A DNA stretch of 64,000 nt from Eledone cirrhosa (GCA_964016885.1 OZ024759.1:37138001-37202000); one strand, 5' to 3'. Shown: positions 13,119 through 30,733, numbered from the stretch's first letter. The notes: generated from the letters alone by a model not told the origin. Numbers and translations are program-made.

Positions 13119-13316
13119 GTTTTGCCTTAACTGTTCATTTGTTTCTGAGTGGGAAAACCTCTTATATCAGAGAATCTATCAAGACACACATATATACACC
13201 CACACTCACACACATATACACACACACATACATACAGATATACACACACTGAATACACCCATTAATACATATACATTTATATATAGAGAGAGGAAGAGAT
13301 AGTTATACATGCATAT

Positions 13317-13357
<41 letters not shown>

Positions 13358-13927
13358 CAAATATATATATATATATATATATGCATATGTATGTATATAT
13401 ATATACATATGATTATGTATGTGTGTATATATACATATATATATATAATATATATATGTGTGTGTGTGTATATACATATATGTATGTATATATGCATGTA
13501 TAACCATTTCTCCCTCTATATATGTATATATATATACACATATATATATACATACATGGAGCTGAGAGTTGACCTTGGGAAGATTCTCGTTCATTTGTTC
13601 ATCTGGCATAATAATATTTTTCCGTCAACTTTTTCTATTATTACTTCTATGTTGAGAGAAATATGGCCGCCATAGGCAGACTAAGATAAAAGTTGATTGG
13701 AATGCTGGTCAAAAGAATTTGCTAGTAACTAATATAGAATTTCCTTTGATCAACAGCAGCCATAACTGACCTACTCTATCTAGCTTGGTAATCTTACCAC
13801 CCCACCCCCCTTATTCTCTCTATCTATCTGTCTTTTTTTTCTCTTTTTCATTTTCTTTTTTTTCTTTTTCTTTTTTTCCTTTTTCTTTGTTATCGCCTCT
13901 CTGTCATATATATAAAGAGAGAGGGAC

Positions 13928-14042
13928 ATATATATATATATATACATAGATGCATATATATATATATACATAGATGCATATATATATATATATATATATA
14001 TACATAGATGCATATATATATATATATATATATATACATAGA

Positions 14043-14082
<40 letters not shown>

Positions 14083-14394
14083 TATATATATATATATATA
14101 TATATATGCATATATATATATATATATATATATGCATATATATATATATGCATATATATATATATATATATGCGTATATATATATATATATATATATGCA
14201 TATATATATATGCATATATATATATATATATGCGTATATATATATATATATATATATATATGCGTATATATATATATATATATATATATGCATATATATA
14301 TATGCATATATATATATATATATGCGTATATATATATATATATATATATATATGCGTATATATATATATATATATATATATGCATATATATATA

Positions 14395-14468
<74 letters not shown>

Positions 14469-14506
14469 TATATATATATATATATATATATGCATATATA
14501 TATATA

Positions 14507-14552
<46 letters not shown>

Positions 14553-14690
14553 TATATATATATATATATATATATATGCATATATATATATATATATGCA
14601 TATATATATATATATATATGCATATATATATATATGCATATATATATATATGCATACATAGATGCATATATATAGACGTATATATATAGA
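13928..14690. repeat. (TA)n array punctuated by GC (tgca/tgcg)
   Basis: Direct reading. Confidence 0.97.
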
Positions 14691-14761
14691 GAGGGATATA
14701 TATATATTTAATATATATATATATCTTTCTCTCTCTCTAAGAGTGGGAGAGAGAGATAGGA

Positions 14762-14809
<48 letters not shown>

Positions 14810-15376
14810 TTTTTTCTATCTATCTCTCTTTCTCACTTTCTTTCTCTCTCTGGTTATCTTTCTCTCCTTCTCTCTCTGGTTATCTCTCATTCTCCCTATC
14901 TCCCCCTCACCCACCTGTATTACCTCACTACTCTCCTGTTTTCATCAACACAAGTCTCCCTCTCTCTCTCGCTTTTGTTTCTTTCCCTCCCTTTCTCTTC
15001 TCCTGTACACATCTCTATAACCACCACCATCTCCTTTTCTTTCTCTTCTCTTCTCTTCGTCTCCCCATACCCACCCTTATCCATCTATCTCCATCTATCT
15101 ATCCATCTATCTATCTATCTATCTTTCTCTCTATCTATCTTTCTCTCTAATTATATCTATATATCTATCTTTCTATCTACCTCTTCCTCCCTCTCATTTA
15201 TTTGTTTTTTTACTTTATTTATTTATTTACCTTTGTTTCACCTATCTTACCTCTCCCTTTGTTGTTATTGTTATTGTTATTGTTGTTATTATTGTTGTTA
15301 TTTCCATTGTCCCTTTGCCTGAAGGGGATCAAGGCGTGAACTGAAATCCAATCGAATAGGGTGGCATCTTGTGTGA

Positions 15377-18060
<2,684 letters not shown>

Positions 18061-18127
18061 TGTTTGTGTTTGGTAAGATGTGGTTAAGTGTGAGTTATGT
18101 GTGAAAAAGTCATTTCCATGATTCAGA

Positions 18128-18165
<38 letters not shown>

Positions 18166-18702
18166 ATGTGCATATGTATGCTTATTTGTGCAAGAACATG
18201 TGATTGTGTTGGTATGCAATTTTACTTTTGTCTATGTGTGTGTGTGTGCGTATATATATATGATGTGTGTGTATGTATGTGTGTGTATATATGTGTGTGT
18301 GTATTTGCATGTGTTTGTATAGACGTGCGTACAAACGTGAATATGTGTGTATGTCTGTTTTTTATCGATGTGTAAGATTTCATAAAATGGCGATGTCGTG
18401 TCGGGGGGGGGAAATGTAGCAAGAGTACGAGAGTGGGAGGAAGAGGATGAAAAGAGGGAAATGTTGGTTCAGGCTGGAAACCTAGACATCAGTGTATGTG
18501 GTGGCGGTGGCGGTGGTGGTGTTGGTGGTGTTGGTGGTGGTTGAGGCGGGGAGTTGTGGTGTCTGTGGCCCAGCCAATGTGCCTCTACATGACTGTTAAA
18601 TCTGCTAGAAATAGTACCCCCAATTGCCCTCCGTGGCTGTTTGCACCGTTGCACATCAGAATAAGACGGGAAGTTTGCCTACCAATCTCCCCCCCCCCCC
18701 CC

Positions 18703-19120
18703 CTGTCTACCAATCTCCTCCCTCTGTCTACCAATCTCCTCCCTCTCTCTACCAATCTCCCCCCTTCCTCTCTGTCTACCAATCTTCCGCCTCCCTCTCT
18801 GTCTACCAACCTCGCCCCCTCCCTCTCTGTCTACCAACCTCGTCCCCTCCCTCTCTGTCTACGAATCCCCCCTCTCAAACTCCCTCTGTCCCCCTCTCCC
18901 ACAAATTCTGTCTACCAAACCCTCCTGCTCCTCTCACACTCTCTCTTTGTCTACCAAACGCGCTCCCATCCACCATTCCTCCTCTATCCCCCTCTCTCAT
19001 CTCTCTTTCCCCCTCCCACTCTAGCACTCTGTCTACCAATTCCTTCCCCACTCTTTCTCTCTCTCACCCCCTCACTCTCTCTCTCTCACCCTCTCGCTCT
19101 CCCTCTCTATCTACCAACAC
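18703..19120. repeat. Degenerate pyrimidine-rich minisatellite (ctctgtctaccaa core, ~21-30 bp)
   Basis: Core recurs at least 10 times. Confidence 0.85.
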
Positions 19121-19361
19121 CTTCCTCACTCCACCTAAATTGGATTTCTTTCACCAATGCTGCCAACGAACCAGAGATAAGCTCTGTCGTCTGCTACGGA
19201 ACACCTGCCATTTTTGGTGTGGCATGTTTTTTATATTTCTAGTTTTGCTGTTGTGTGCATATATATATACATATATACACACACTCACACATATATACAT
19301 ACATATATATATGTATGTATATAATCTATGTATGTATATAAGAATATAAGTATCTATTTAC

Positions 19362-19412
<51 letters not shown>

Positions 19413-19669
19413 TGTGTGTGTGTGTGTGTGGGCAAAGTTTTAGGTGGTGTTGGCGGTGAGGCAAGTTCTCGAACACAATATCACACCATTTTCCATATAC
19501 CACCTCAGCTATCCTTACCACCAACACTACCATTTATTGAACATTACAACCATCATCAAATCTCATGGGTTCCAAGATATAGCGACCAAAATGTCCCTAA
19601 CACCCTACTATTACTGGAGAACTCTTCCGCTTATGTAGATGTTGTGACTCCGGGTGAACTAGCGATACC

Positions 19670-19840
19670 GTTGGTGGGGGTCGAAACTGCCGAAGTCCGT
19701 CTCAACGGCTGATGACCAGCAGTTCTGTCTTTCGTTTGTGTTATTTTCAAAAAATGTATTTTGAAGGTTTTCCCTTAAATCGCAGACAACTGAGCTCTTG
19801 GGGTCGAAACGGCAAGAGCTCAGCCGTCGGTTAGCAACTC
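19670..19840 (+). mobile_element. Scrambled copy of the half-hammerhead element family (see 39729, 42183)
   Basis: gtcGAAACGGCaagagctcaGCCGTCgg at 19803-19830, preceded by inverted ctgagctcttg; a second gtcgaaactgcc at 19680. Confidence 0.6.
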
Positions 19841-20191
19841 ATTACAATATATATACGTATATATATGTAGTGTATATATATATATTACGTATATATATAT
19901 ATATATAATATATATATATATTATATATATGTATATATATTATATATATATATTGTATATATATTATATATATATATATTGTATATATATTATATATTAT
20001 ATATTATATTATATATATATATATATTATATATATATATTATATATATATATATTATATATATATTATATATATTATATATATATATAATATATATACAG
20101 AAGAGAAGTTATTATGTCCATGTACTTTATCATATACCGCTGCTGCTTAGTACACACATACACACACACACACACACACTTGCACATACAT

Positions 20192-20227
<36 letters not shown>

Positions 20228-20728
20228 TGAGTCAGTTGATAGAGCCAAGAAATCAATGGAATTGAAAGACTTCATATACAGACATTGATTGTACAGGTAA
20301 TAAAGATGATTATGTCTCTGTGTGTGTGTGTGTCTGCAAATGTCTGTGTGTGTGTTACAAGCCGTACATGCTTGTGTATGCTTTTGTCTCAATGTGTGAG
20401 TGAGCTTGCTGCAAGATGTTTATGCCTGCCTGTGTGTATATATATATATATATATGTGTGTGTATACATACATACATATATATATACATACATATATATA
20501 TATATAAATATATTCATATGGATATACAACGTATATATGTCCGTGAATATATTGCTCGTACATTCGTTCCCATGCTAACAAAGACACACACACAGACATA
20601 TATATATATATAGATATATATATATACATATATATATATATATGTGTGTGTGTATACACATACACTGGCGAATATATTCTTGGTTGATTTAATAGTAATA
20701 AACTTTTACTGGGACATACTGTCCTGTA

Positions 20729-20777
<49 letters not shown>

Positions 20778-20980
20778 GTAAGTATACACATTGATATTTG
20801 AGTGTGTGTGTGTGTGTTTTACTGGGACATACTGACGTGTGTATGTATATACTGGTAAGTACACACATAGATGTGTGTGTGTGTGTTTGTGGTAGAGAGA
20901 AAGGTGGAAATAGGAAGAGAGGGAAAACTGAAAGAGCCATTTGTCAGAACTTAGTTAAGTCCATGCAAGACTACACGTGC

Positions 20981-21026
<46 letters not shown>

Positions 21027-21433
21027 GTGCATACATGTCGATATATGTATATGCATATTTACAAATATGCATTCATTCATACATAAACACATACATGCTT
21101 GCATATAACGCTTATATGCATATACATACATACACACACACATACACACACATAATGCATATATATATATATACATACATACATACATACATACATGCAT
21201 ATATATATATACACACCTATGTATCTATTTGTCCAGAAAGGCCCGTTTAAATATTTAAAAGATGGCCGATACATGGTCTCCCCCTTCCCCAGCTAGAACC
21301 TCCCACACACACACATATTCGTACACACACACATACTCGTACACACACACACTCATATATATAAATGGTTATATATATATAGAGATATATATAGATATTT
21401 ATATATATATACATACATACATATATGTATATT

Positions 21434-21485
<52 letters not shown>

Positions 21486-21650
21486 CATACATATATGAAC
21501 GTATGTATATACAGTAATCCTGTCTGTTATGGTATCGATTCTTCTGGAAAGACGAGGGATGATCTAAATGGAGAATTCTTTTATTGAATTTATAACCCAA
21601 AATGTCGTTTTGCCGCTTTTCCTAAAATAGTCTCGGACATTTCATAGTTA

Positions 21651-21850
21651 GCTACCTACCTACCTACCTCTTTATATACCTACCTTCCAGCCTACCTACC
21701 TACCTCTTTATATACCTACCTTCCAGCCTACCTACCTACCTCTTTATATACCTCCCTACCTTCCAGCCTACCTACCTACCTCTTTATATACCTCCCTACC
21801 TTCCAGCCTACCTACCTACCTCTCTATATATCTACCTACCTCCCTACATA
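21651..21850. repeat. ~35-39 bp minisatellite (cctacctacctacctctttatatacctccctaccttccag)
   Basis: About 5 copies. Confidence 0.9.
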
Positions 21851-21954
21851 CATACCTACTTATCTATCTACCCACCTACCAACCAGCCTTACTACCTCTC
21901 TATCTATCCATGATAGCTATATCTCTACCCCTATACACAAATATATATCCACAT

Positions 21955-22032
<78 letters not shown>

Positions 22033-22104
22033 ACCATGTTACTTTTGTTAGGGGTCTAATATAATTCCATATTGATACTCAAGACCACAAAATAGCTTCA
22101 CCCC

Positions 22105-22690
22105 CACAACACAACACAACACAACACCACACCACACCACAACACTCACCACACCACCACATCACAACACAACACCACACCACAACACACATAACACCAC
22201 ATCACAACACAACACCACAACACAACACTCACCACATCACCACATCACAACACAACACCACACCACATGACAACACAACACCACACCACATGACAACACA
22301 ACACCACACCACATGACAACACAACACCACACCACATGACAACACCACACCACATGACAACACAACACCACACCACATGACAACACACACCACACCACAT
22401 GACAACACACACCACACCACATGACAACACACACCACACCACATGACAACACACACCACACCACATGACAACACACACCACACCACATGACAACACACAC
22501 CACACCACATGACAACACACACCACACCACATGACAACACACACCACACCACATGACAACACACACAACACCACATGACAACACACACAACACCACATGA
22601 CAACACACACAACACCACATGACAACACACACAACACCACATCACAACACACACAACACACACACAACACCACATCACAACACAACACCA
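22105..22690. repeat. 22-25 bp minisatellite (caacacacaccacaccacatga)
   Basis: More than 15 tandem copies; source of the C/V/W pseudo-ORFs. Confidence 0.95.
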
Positions 22691-23530
22691 CGACAACTGA
22701 CTCAAAAATAGAAGAATGTGATACATGACCGTCTTGGACAGTTGTAGTTGAACAGGAATAACGGAATAGAAGAATAGTGTAGTGAATAGAGAATATGGTA
22801 GGAATGGATAGAAGAGAAGGGGGAGGAGGACTTCTGTGGATAGATTGATAGATAGATAGACAAGTAGATAGATAGATAGATAGATAGTGGAAGAGAGAAA
22901 GAGAGGAGGGTGGAGAGATTGTTTGAGGAGTGGAAATGGATTTGAAAGTCCATAAAACTAGATTAAGGGTCTGCATTACGTTGTCGATCAGATAAAGAAC
23001 CCCTTCAAAATCCGCAATGTTTGGGAGGGAACTGCACAGTGGGTTCATTTCCGTCACACCGCCATTGCCCCCACCACCACACCGCCATTCCCCGCCACCA
23101 CCACCAACCATTCCCCTCCCCGCCACACCACCACCGCATCGCCATTCTCCCCACCACCATCACCGTCACCAACCATTCCCCCCTCCGCCACAGCGGCCCC
23201 TACTGGGACTTTACAAATGATTCCTCTGGGAATTTTGCGTTTTGCAGATCGTTTTGCAACAGCAACAACAACAACAACAACCACAACAACAATAACAATA
23301 ACAATGATGATAATAGTAATAATGACGATTGTGATGATGATGATGATGGTGGTGGTGGTGGCAATGATGATGGTGGTGATGGTGATGAATACAGCTCCAG
23401 TGCGATATCATTTTCTTTTTCTCCCACATCTCTCTCTCACTTAAAATGGCTGTCGATGGACACCAGAGATATTGGACACACACACACACACACACCACAC
23501 ACCACACACCACACACCACACACCACACAC

Positions 23531-23610
<80 letters not shown>

Positions 23611-23664
23611 GTCCCAAATATCTCTGCTGTCCATGTCCTACAGTCATTTCGACTGAGAGTAGCA

Positions 23665-23855
23665 CATATATATATATATACATGCATATACATACATATA
23701 TATATATATATATGTTATTTTAATATTGATATATATATATACATATATGTATATATATATGTATGTATATATGTATGTATATATATATGTATATATATAT
23801 GTATATATATATGTATACATGTATGTATGTATATATATATATATATGTATGTATG

Positions 23856-23896
<41 letters not shown>

Positions 23897-23936
23897 ATGT
23901 ATATATATATATATATATACATGTATGTATGTATGT

Positions 23937-23970
<34 letters not shown>

Positions 23971-24322
23971 ATGTATATATATATATATATATACATGTAT
24001 GTATGTATGTATGTATGTATATATATATACATGTATGTATATATATATATACATGTATGTATGTATGTATGTATGTATGTATATATATATATATACATGT
24101 ATGTATATATATATATACATGTATGTATGTATGTATGTATGTATATATATATATATATATACATATATGTATATATGTATGTATATATATATACATGTAT
24201 GTATGTATATATATATATATATATACATGTATGTATGTATGTATGTATGTATGTATGTATATATATATATACATATATGTATATATGTATGTATGTATAT
24301 ATACATGTATGTATGTATATAT

Positions 24323-24365
<43 letters not shown>

Positions 24366-24421
24366 TAACTATAACCTCTCCATGTACATGTATATATACA
24401 CCTGTACTTTATATCTACAGG

Positions 24422-24445
<24 letters not shown>
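23665..24445. repeat. (TA)n/(TATG)n array with acatgt interruptions
   Basis: Direct reading. Confidence 0.96.
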
Positions 24446-24453
<8 letters not shown>

Positions 24454-24814
24454 TGTAACCTTAACATAAGTCATATTTATGACTTATTAGTAAGTTAATT
24501 ACTAATTAGTAAAACACTTCATGAGTTGAAAATTAGGCCTACATGTTACATCTGGCCTGGGACGACGATTTACATCTGGTGAGGAGCTACGTTTTGCATT
24601 TAGCCTTGGTCAAATATTTTCTTTAGATGGGTCTGGGTATTACAGAAATAATCCTCTACATTCCTGGACTACATTTTGACACGGTTCTTAAATTAGACAT
24701 AATCGAGATGGAAATGATGAAAATATAGAGAATATTTAAATATTGAAGAATTCATTTCTAAAGATGAGGGTAATTGACCGAAAACTTCTAACCAACTGTT
24801 TTATTTTGGCCTTT

Positions 24815-25135
24815 TGACCTAATTCTTTCGAAAAGCGACCTAATTTTATGTATTAGGTCATAGCGGAAATCCTCTGTTCAGTCCAAAACCTCGTCACGGT
24901 TGTCTAACCGACATAGTTTCATAATTAGGTCATAATGGCGGACATTGGGTGTCATGTTTCTAGACATGTCTGACATAGTTTTGATAATTATGTCAACACT
25001 GAAAAGCTACTTAGTCCCTAAACCTGGTCATGGTTCTGAGAACGACCTGGTTTAATAATTGGGTCAAATTAAAAGACAATTGTCCGGTGTCAAGTTTCTT
25101 TCCAAAATGTGACCCAGTTTAATAACTAGGTCGTC
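24815..25135. repeat. Diverged array of five GAC(C/A)..n..(G/T)GTC inverted-repeat units with a 134-bp higher-order period
   Basis: Units at 24837, 24910, 24972, 25044, 25111; alternate linkers are homologous (24881 with 25015; 24940 with 25074). Confidence 0.7.
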
Positions 25136-25667
25136 GTATAAGTGTAGTATTTTGGCTAAACTAACACTAGTCCACCAGCAACATAATATACCACAGACAA
25201 CCAAGACACAACTTGATGTCATATGAAGGACTGACATAATTCTGTTACTGTTGGGACCAAGGAATTTATCTGTTCAGGGCCATGTTAGCTCCCCAGCCTC
25301 ACCTTCTCCACCTTCCTCCCTCTCCCTACACCCCATCACAAGCTTCCTCTCTCTACTTCACCTTCACCCCTCCCCCGTCTCTTCTCTGCTATCTCTCTCT
25401 TATTTATAACTTCCTCATCATCCTTTCACCCGCTCTCCACTTCTCCCTATCTCTCTCTCTTTCTATCTATCTCTCTCTCTCTCTCTCTCTCACTCTCTCT
25501 TTCCCCCCTCTCTTTAGCTATTTTCCCGTCTTTCTGAATTTCTCTCGCCCTCTCTGTCTCCCTCTCTCTCTCTCACACACATGCACACACACACACACCA
25601 CACTCACCACACACACACACTCACCACACACACACACTCACCACACACACACACACACACACACTCA

Positions 25668-25720
<53 letters not shown>

Positions 25721-25818
25721 ACACTCACCACACACAATCTACTATAAAATACATAAACAATAAATAGATCTCTATATATATATATATATACACATACATA
25801 TATACTTTATATATATAT

Positions 25819-25862
<44 letters not shown>

Positions 25863-25997
25863 CACACAGATACATACATACATTCATACATATATATTGA
25901 TTGAAAAATAGATAGAATATATATATATATAGATAGATCGATAGATAGATCAATAAAAAATATATATATATAGATAGATAAAATTTATATATATATG

Positions 25998-26038
<41 letters not shown>

Positions 26039-26394
26039 ACATAGATATCTAGCTAGATAGATGTATATGTGAGAGTGTGTTAGTGGTTTATATGCTGTAT
26101 TCTAACGATGCACAAGGGAGTTACTATATCAAAATAAACAGGATATCTACAGAGGTAAAGAAGATTCCTTTATCAGTCAATGGCTGACATTTTTACTTCG
26201 GACTCAAACGACGGAGAAATTGTTTTTTGGAAAGAAATAAAAAGATAAATAAGGATAAACAAGAAAACATTGTTGTGTGTGTGTGTGTGTGTGTGTTATA
26301 CGTAAATGTATAATATATATATTTATATATATATATATATATATGTACATGTGATGTGTGTGTGTAAATATATATATATACATATATATATATA

Positions 26395-26600
26395 TGGTGG
26401 CTGCCAACTCGTTTTCGAGTACGGCCACTACTTTATATCCATGTAAGAGAACCCCTACTGATGCGCTGAACGAGTGTGACTTTTTAGTCCAGTCAGCGAC
26501 TTGAAAACTCTGGTACAAACACTACACTTGTGACAATTATTGACACATAGTGCTGGGCCCATTGTACCCTGTGATGACAAGTGCAGAGAGATCTCCAGAT
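26395..26600 (-). mobile_element. 3' end of an RTE-clade LINE with a terminal C2H2 zinc finger
   Basis: HKCSVCTRVFKSLTGLKSHTRSAHQ* followed by a ~60-bp 3' UTR (ggccgtactcgaaaacgagttggcagccacc) running into (AT)n; both ends abut TA tracts. Confidence 0.7.
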
Positions 26601-26657
26601 ATAAACATATATATATATACATATATATATATATACCTGTATATATATATAAATGTA

Positions 26658-26697
<40 letters not shown>

Positions 26698-26715
26698 CAT
26701 ATATATATACATGCA

Positions 26716-26875
<160 letters not shown>

Positions 26876-29025
26876 TGTGTTTGTGCATGAATGTGTATAG
26901 CTATCCTGACGCCATTTTTCTCATGACTAAGCTATCTACAACACTGACCTGAACCTCTCTACATCCGGATCTGGTGGTGGACCCTTCCTTCACCCTCTTG
27001 CTATTCCCAAGATCATACTGCCTCACCCCGACCCTCTCTCTCTCTCTCTCTTCTCTCTCACCATCACTCACTCTCCTCTCTCTCACCATCACTCACTCTC
27101 CGGATCAGGGGACGGGTAGGCTAATATCAGAGTAAATTCTCTTCTGTGAACATAAAAAGTATGATACAAAAAAAGAATTTAATGGTCACCGCAAAAATAT
27201 ATAAACTCGTATTATATATATATATATATATATATGGGAATGAAACCTTTTTTTTTTTATTGCACACGGGTAAAAAAGAGATAAAGAAAATCATAAAATT
27301 GTGAAACCGGTAAATAAATCTTCTTAAAGACTCTATCTTCAGTTTCAACTTCCTTTCTTTATATATATAATATATATGTGTGTATGTGTGTGTGTGTGTG
27401 TAGATAGGTAGTTTACAGATCAATATACACGTATATAAAAAAGTGAGGAATTGACAGGAAATAATCCCATAAAGACAATAAAACATTAGAAGGGGAGAGG
27501 ACGGGAGAGGGTCTGCGAAGGGGAGAGAACTTGAGAGATGGGGAGGGCGTCTGTCAGAGAGGGTCTGAGAGGGAGGAGAGTGTCTTAAAGGGGGGTTCTG
27601 TGAGGGGGAGAAGAGAAGTGATAAAAGCAATAATAAAAGAGAAAACATAAGATAAGCAAAACTTACAAAAATACTGTCGGGGATAAATATAGTGGACTTT
27701 GATGAGCTGAGGAGGTAGCAGTGGTGGTGGTGTGAGGTAGTTATTACATGAGGTAGGTAGAGAGAGGGGGAGTGGTAAAGGTAGGTAGGGAGGGAGGAAG
27801 GAAAGGATGAGAGGGTGCGGATATAAAGAACATAGCCTGAGGATGGGGTGGCAGTGGTGGTGGTGTGAGGTAATTACATGAGTGAGGTAGGGAGGGAGAA
27901 AAGTAGGTAGGTAGGTAGAGAGGGGGAGGAGGAAAGGATATGATGAGAGAGTGCGAATGATGGCGAGATCTCATTTTTGGGGCGCTTAAATCTTGCTTGC
28001 ATGTTGCACATCTTTATCCTGATTGGAAATATAGTTGATTTCTTTGAGAGAGAGATAGAGAGAAAGATAGAGAGATTAAGACATGATGGGAGACACTGAG
28101 AAAAAAATATGTATGTGTGTATACATATATATATAGAGAGAGGGAGAGAGAGTAGGGGGATTGGTCGAGTGGAGGGCCTTTCCCCACTTAAAAAACCTTC
28201 AAAGCACAGGCATTGCTTGTTCAGGATATGTTACAGGTTCGTGTGGCTGGCCGTAGCCTAAAAGTGCACCAAACTCTATAATCTGACAGGCGATGGCAAA
28301 ACTCTTAGAGTTTGCAGTCATCATATATATATATATATAATGTACATGTGTATATATAGATATATATATAGAGAGGGGGGGGGGGATGATTGTTGTTATT
28401 ATTTGGGTGGTGGGTAGGCTGCAGTATCGTTAGAACGTTGGACAACATGTGGCATAGTGTGGGTATTGGTGATTGTGGTGGTTGTGGAGGTTGTAGTGGT
28501 GTTGATGAGGCTGGTAGTGTTAGTGTCTGTGGTGGTTGCGGTAGTGGTGGTGGTGGTGGTGGTGGTGGTTGAGGAAGTGTTAGTGTCTATAGTGGTGATT
28601 GTGGTGATATGTTTCCCAGATCAATAATTTAAATCAGGAAAAACCGAAAATTTATTTTCTTTCCTTTTCTTTAAATATTTTCTTTAGATATTTCTTTTTT
28701 TTCTCAAAATGCCAACAATATATTTTAGAAACAAATCTACAGAGAAAAGGAACAATGCAATCTTTAAAAGCTCTTTATCATTATCATTACAATATGATAT
28801 GGTAACAATAATATACACAACAATGTCGACACAATAACATAATACAGGAAGAACACGATATAATGTTAATGTAATATAAATACAATAATTTTATGAATCT
28901 AATTTGTAAATATATCAATTAGAAAGAATACATTAACGATATGTAAACATGACAACACTTTTTTATTTTTCAAATATTTAATTATTATTCTTTATGTGGC
29001 CAATAAAGAAATAATAATAATTATC

Positions 29026-29063
<38 letters not shown>

Positions 29064-29064
<1 letters not shown>

Positions 29065-29352
29065 GGAGTCTCACTCATTGATGTTATTTAACTGGAAAGT
29101 TTGTTGAAATGAATATCAAGCCACTACCTGCAGCCTCAGATATTCAGGATGTATTGGAGGATTCTTGCCTTTTACAGTTCCCCCCAAAAAGGGGGCTGGA
29201 CTAATGTTCGTTAACCATCCTTGAAAACTCTTTGAGATAGTACCTAGTGCTCCTATGACAATCGGGACGACCTTGATCTCATGACAGTCCCAAATCCTTT
29301 TTAACTCCCACTTTAAATCCTGGTATCAGTTAATTTTCTCCTCCTTTTCTTC
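29064..29352 (-). mobile_element. R4/Dong-clade LINE 3' fragment (restriction-like endonuclease C-terminus)
   Basis: Minus strand YQDLK ... IWDCHEIKVVPIVIGALGTISKSF; 3' end runs into (TAA)n at 29028-29064, the known Dong target repeat. Confidence 0.85.
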
Positions 29353-29419
29353 TTCTTATTGTTATTATTAATATTATTGTTGTCGTTGTCGTTGTCGTTG
29401 TCGTCGTCGTTGTTGTTGT

Positions 29420-29560
29420 TGTTACAGTGTTAGCTGTTCAATTCCAGTGAACTGAGGTAACACCATTTATATTTCGAGTACCGTCCGGAGTATTCAAGCT
29501 GTTCCAAGCAAAGCTTTGTAAATCTGTGATGATTTGGGATTCAACAAGGTATTATGACAA
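29420..29560 (-). mobile_element. Second R4/Dong-like LINE 3' fragment
   Basis: Minus strand LLGTA*ILRTVLEI* (LLGTARILR.VL motif), then a short UTR into (AAC/GAC/AAT)n. Confidence 0.75.
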
Positions 29561-29951
29561 TTATTGCGCCGTGCAATCCTACAGTTATACGCGAAATTGC
29601 ACATTGGAAGGTGGCTGATGAGATCTTTAGAACCAGTAGTGTGTTCTTCTCTTTACATTTCTTAATGATTTTTTCTCTCTCTGTCTATCTATCTCTGATT
29701 CTTTCTCTAACCTCTCCACCCTCCACCACTAACCCCTCACCCTTCTACAGTAATCTAAGAGGGTCGTGAGTGCGATGCAACAGCTGGCGTCCTGTTAGAA
29801 GGTGGTAGGGTGTTGGTCGAAGTATAGTCTGAGACGGGGGTGTCGGAATACCCCCAGCACTTCACGCCCCCTCATGGTCCGGCTCTCAGTTCATTAGGTT
29901 CCTATATAGGGCAACATTTTAATTAACAGAGAGGCGTGGCATTTGGTCCTT

Positions 29952-30009
29952 GTGTGTGTGTGTGTATGTATATACATATATATACATATATGTATATATA
30001 CATATATGT

Positions 30010-30074
<65 letters not shown>

Positions 30075-30226
30075 GACATACATACACACACATATGTGTA
30101 TATATATATAGACATACATACACACATATCTATATATATATATATAGACATACATACATACACACATATCTATATATATATATATATAGACATACATACA
30201 TACACACACATATATATATATAAATA

Positions 30227-30263
<37 letters not shown>

Positions 30264-30310
30264 ACATATATATATATATATAAATAGACATATATATATA
30301 TATATAAATA

Positions 30311-30352
<42 letters not shown>

Positions 30353-30387
30353 CATATATATATATATATATAAATAAATAAATAGAC

Positions 30388-30420
<33 letters not shown>

Positions 30421-30601
30421 GACATATATATATATATATATAAATAAATAGACATATATATATATATATATATAAATAAATAGACATATATATATATATA
30501 TAAATAAATAGACATATATATATATATATATAAATAAATAGACATATATATATATATATATATAAATAAATAGACATATATATATATATATATAAATAGA
30601 C

Positions 30602-30632
<31 letters not shown>

Positions 30633-30700
30633 CATATATATACATATGTATATATATATACATATATATACATATAGATATAGATATTGTGCAATTATAC

Positions 30701-30733
<33 letters not shown>

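Noticed and set aside
22229-22726. Cys-rich keratin-associated/metallothionein-like ORFs
   Set aside because: The 22-bp repeat cycles through all frames giving the same peptide; artefact.
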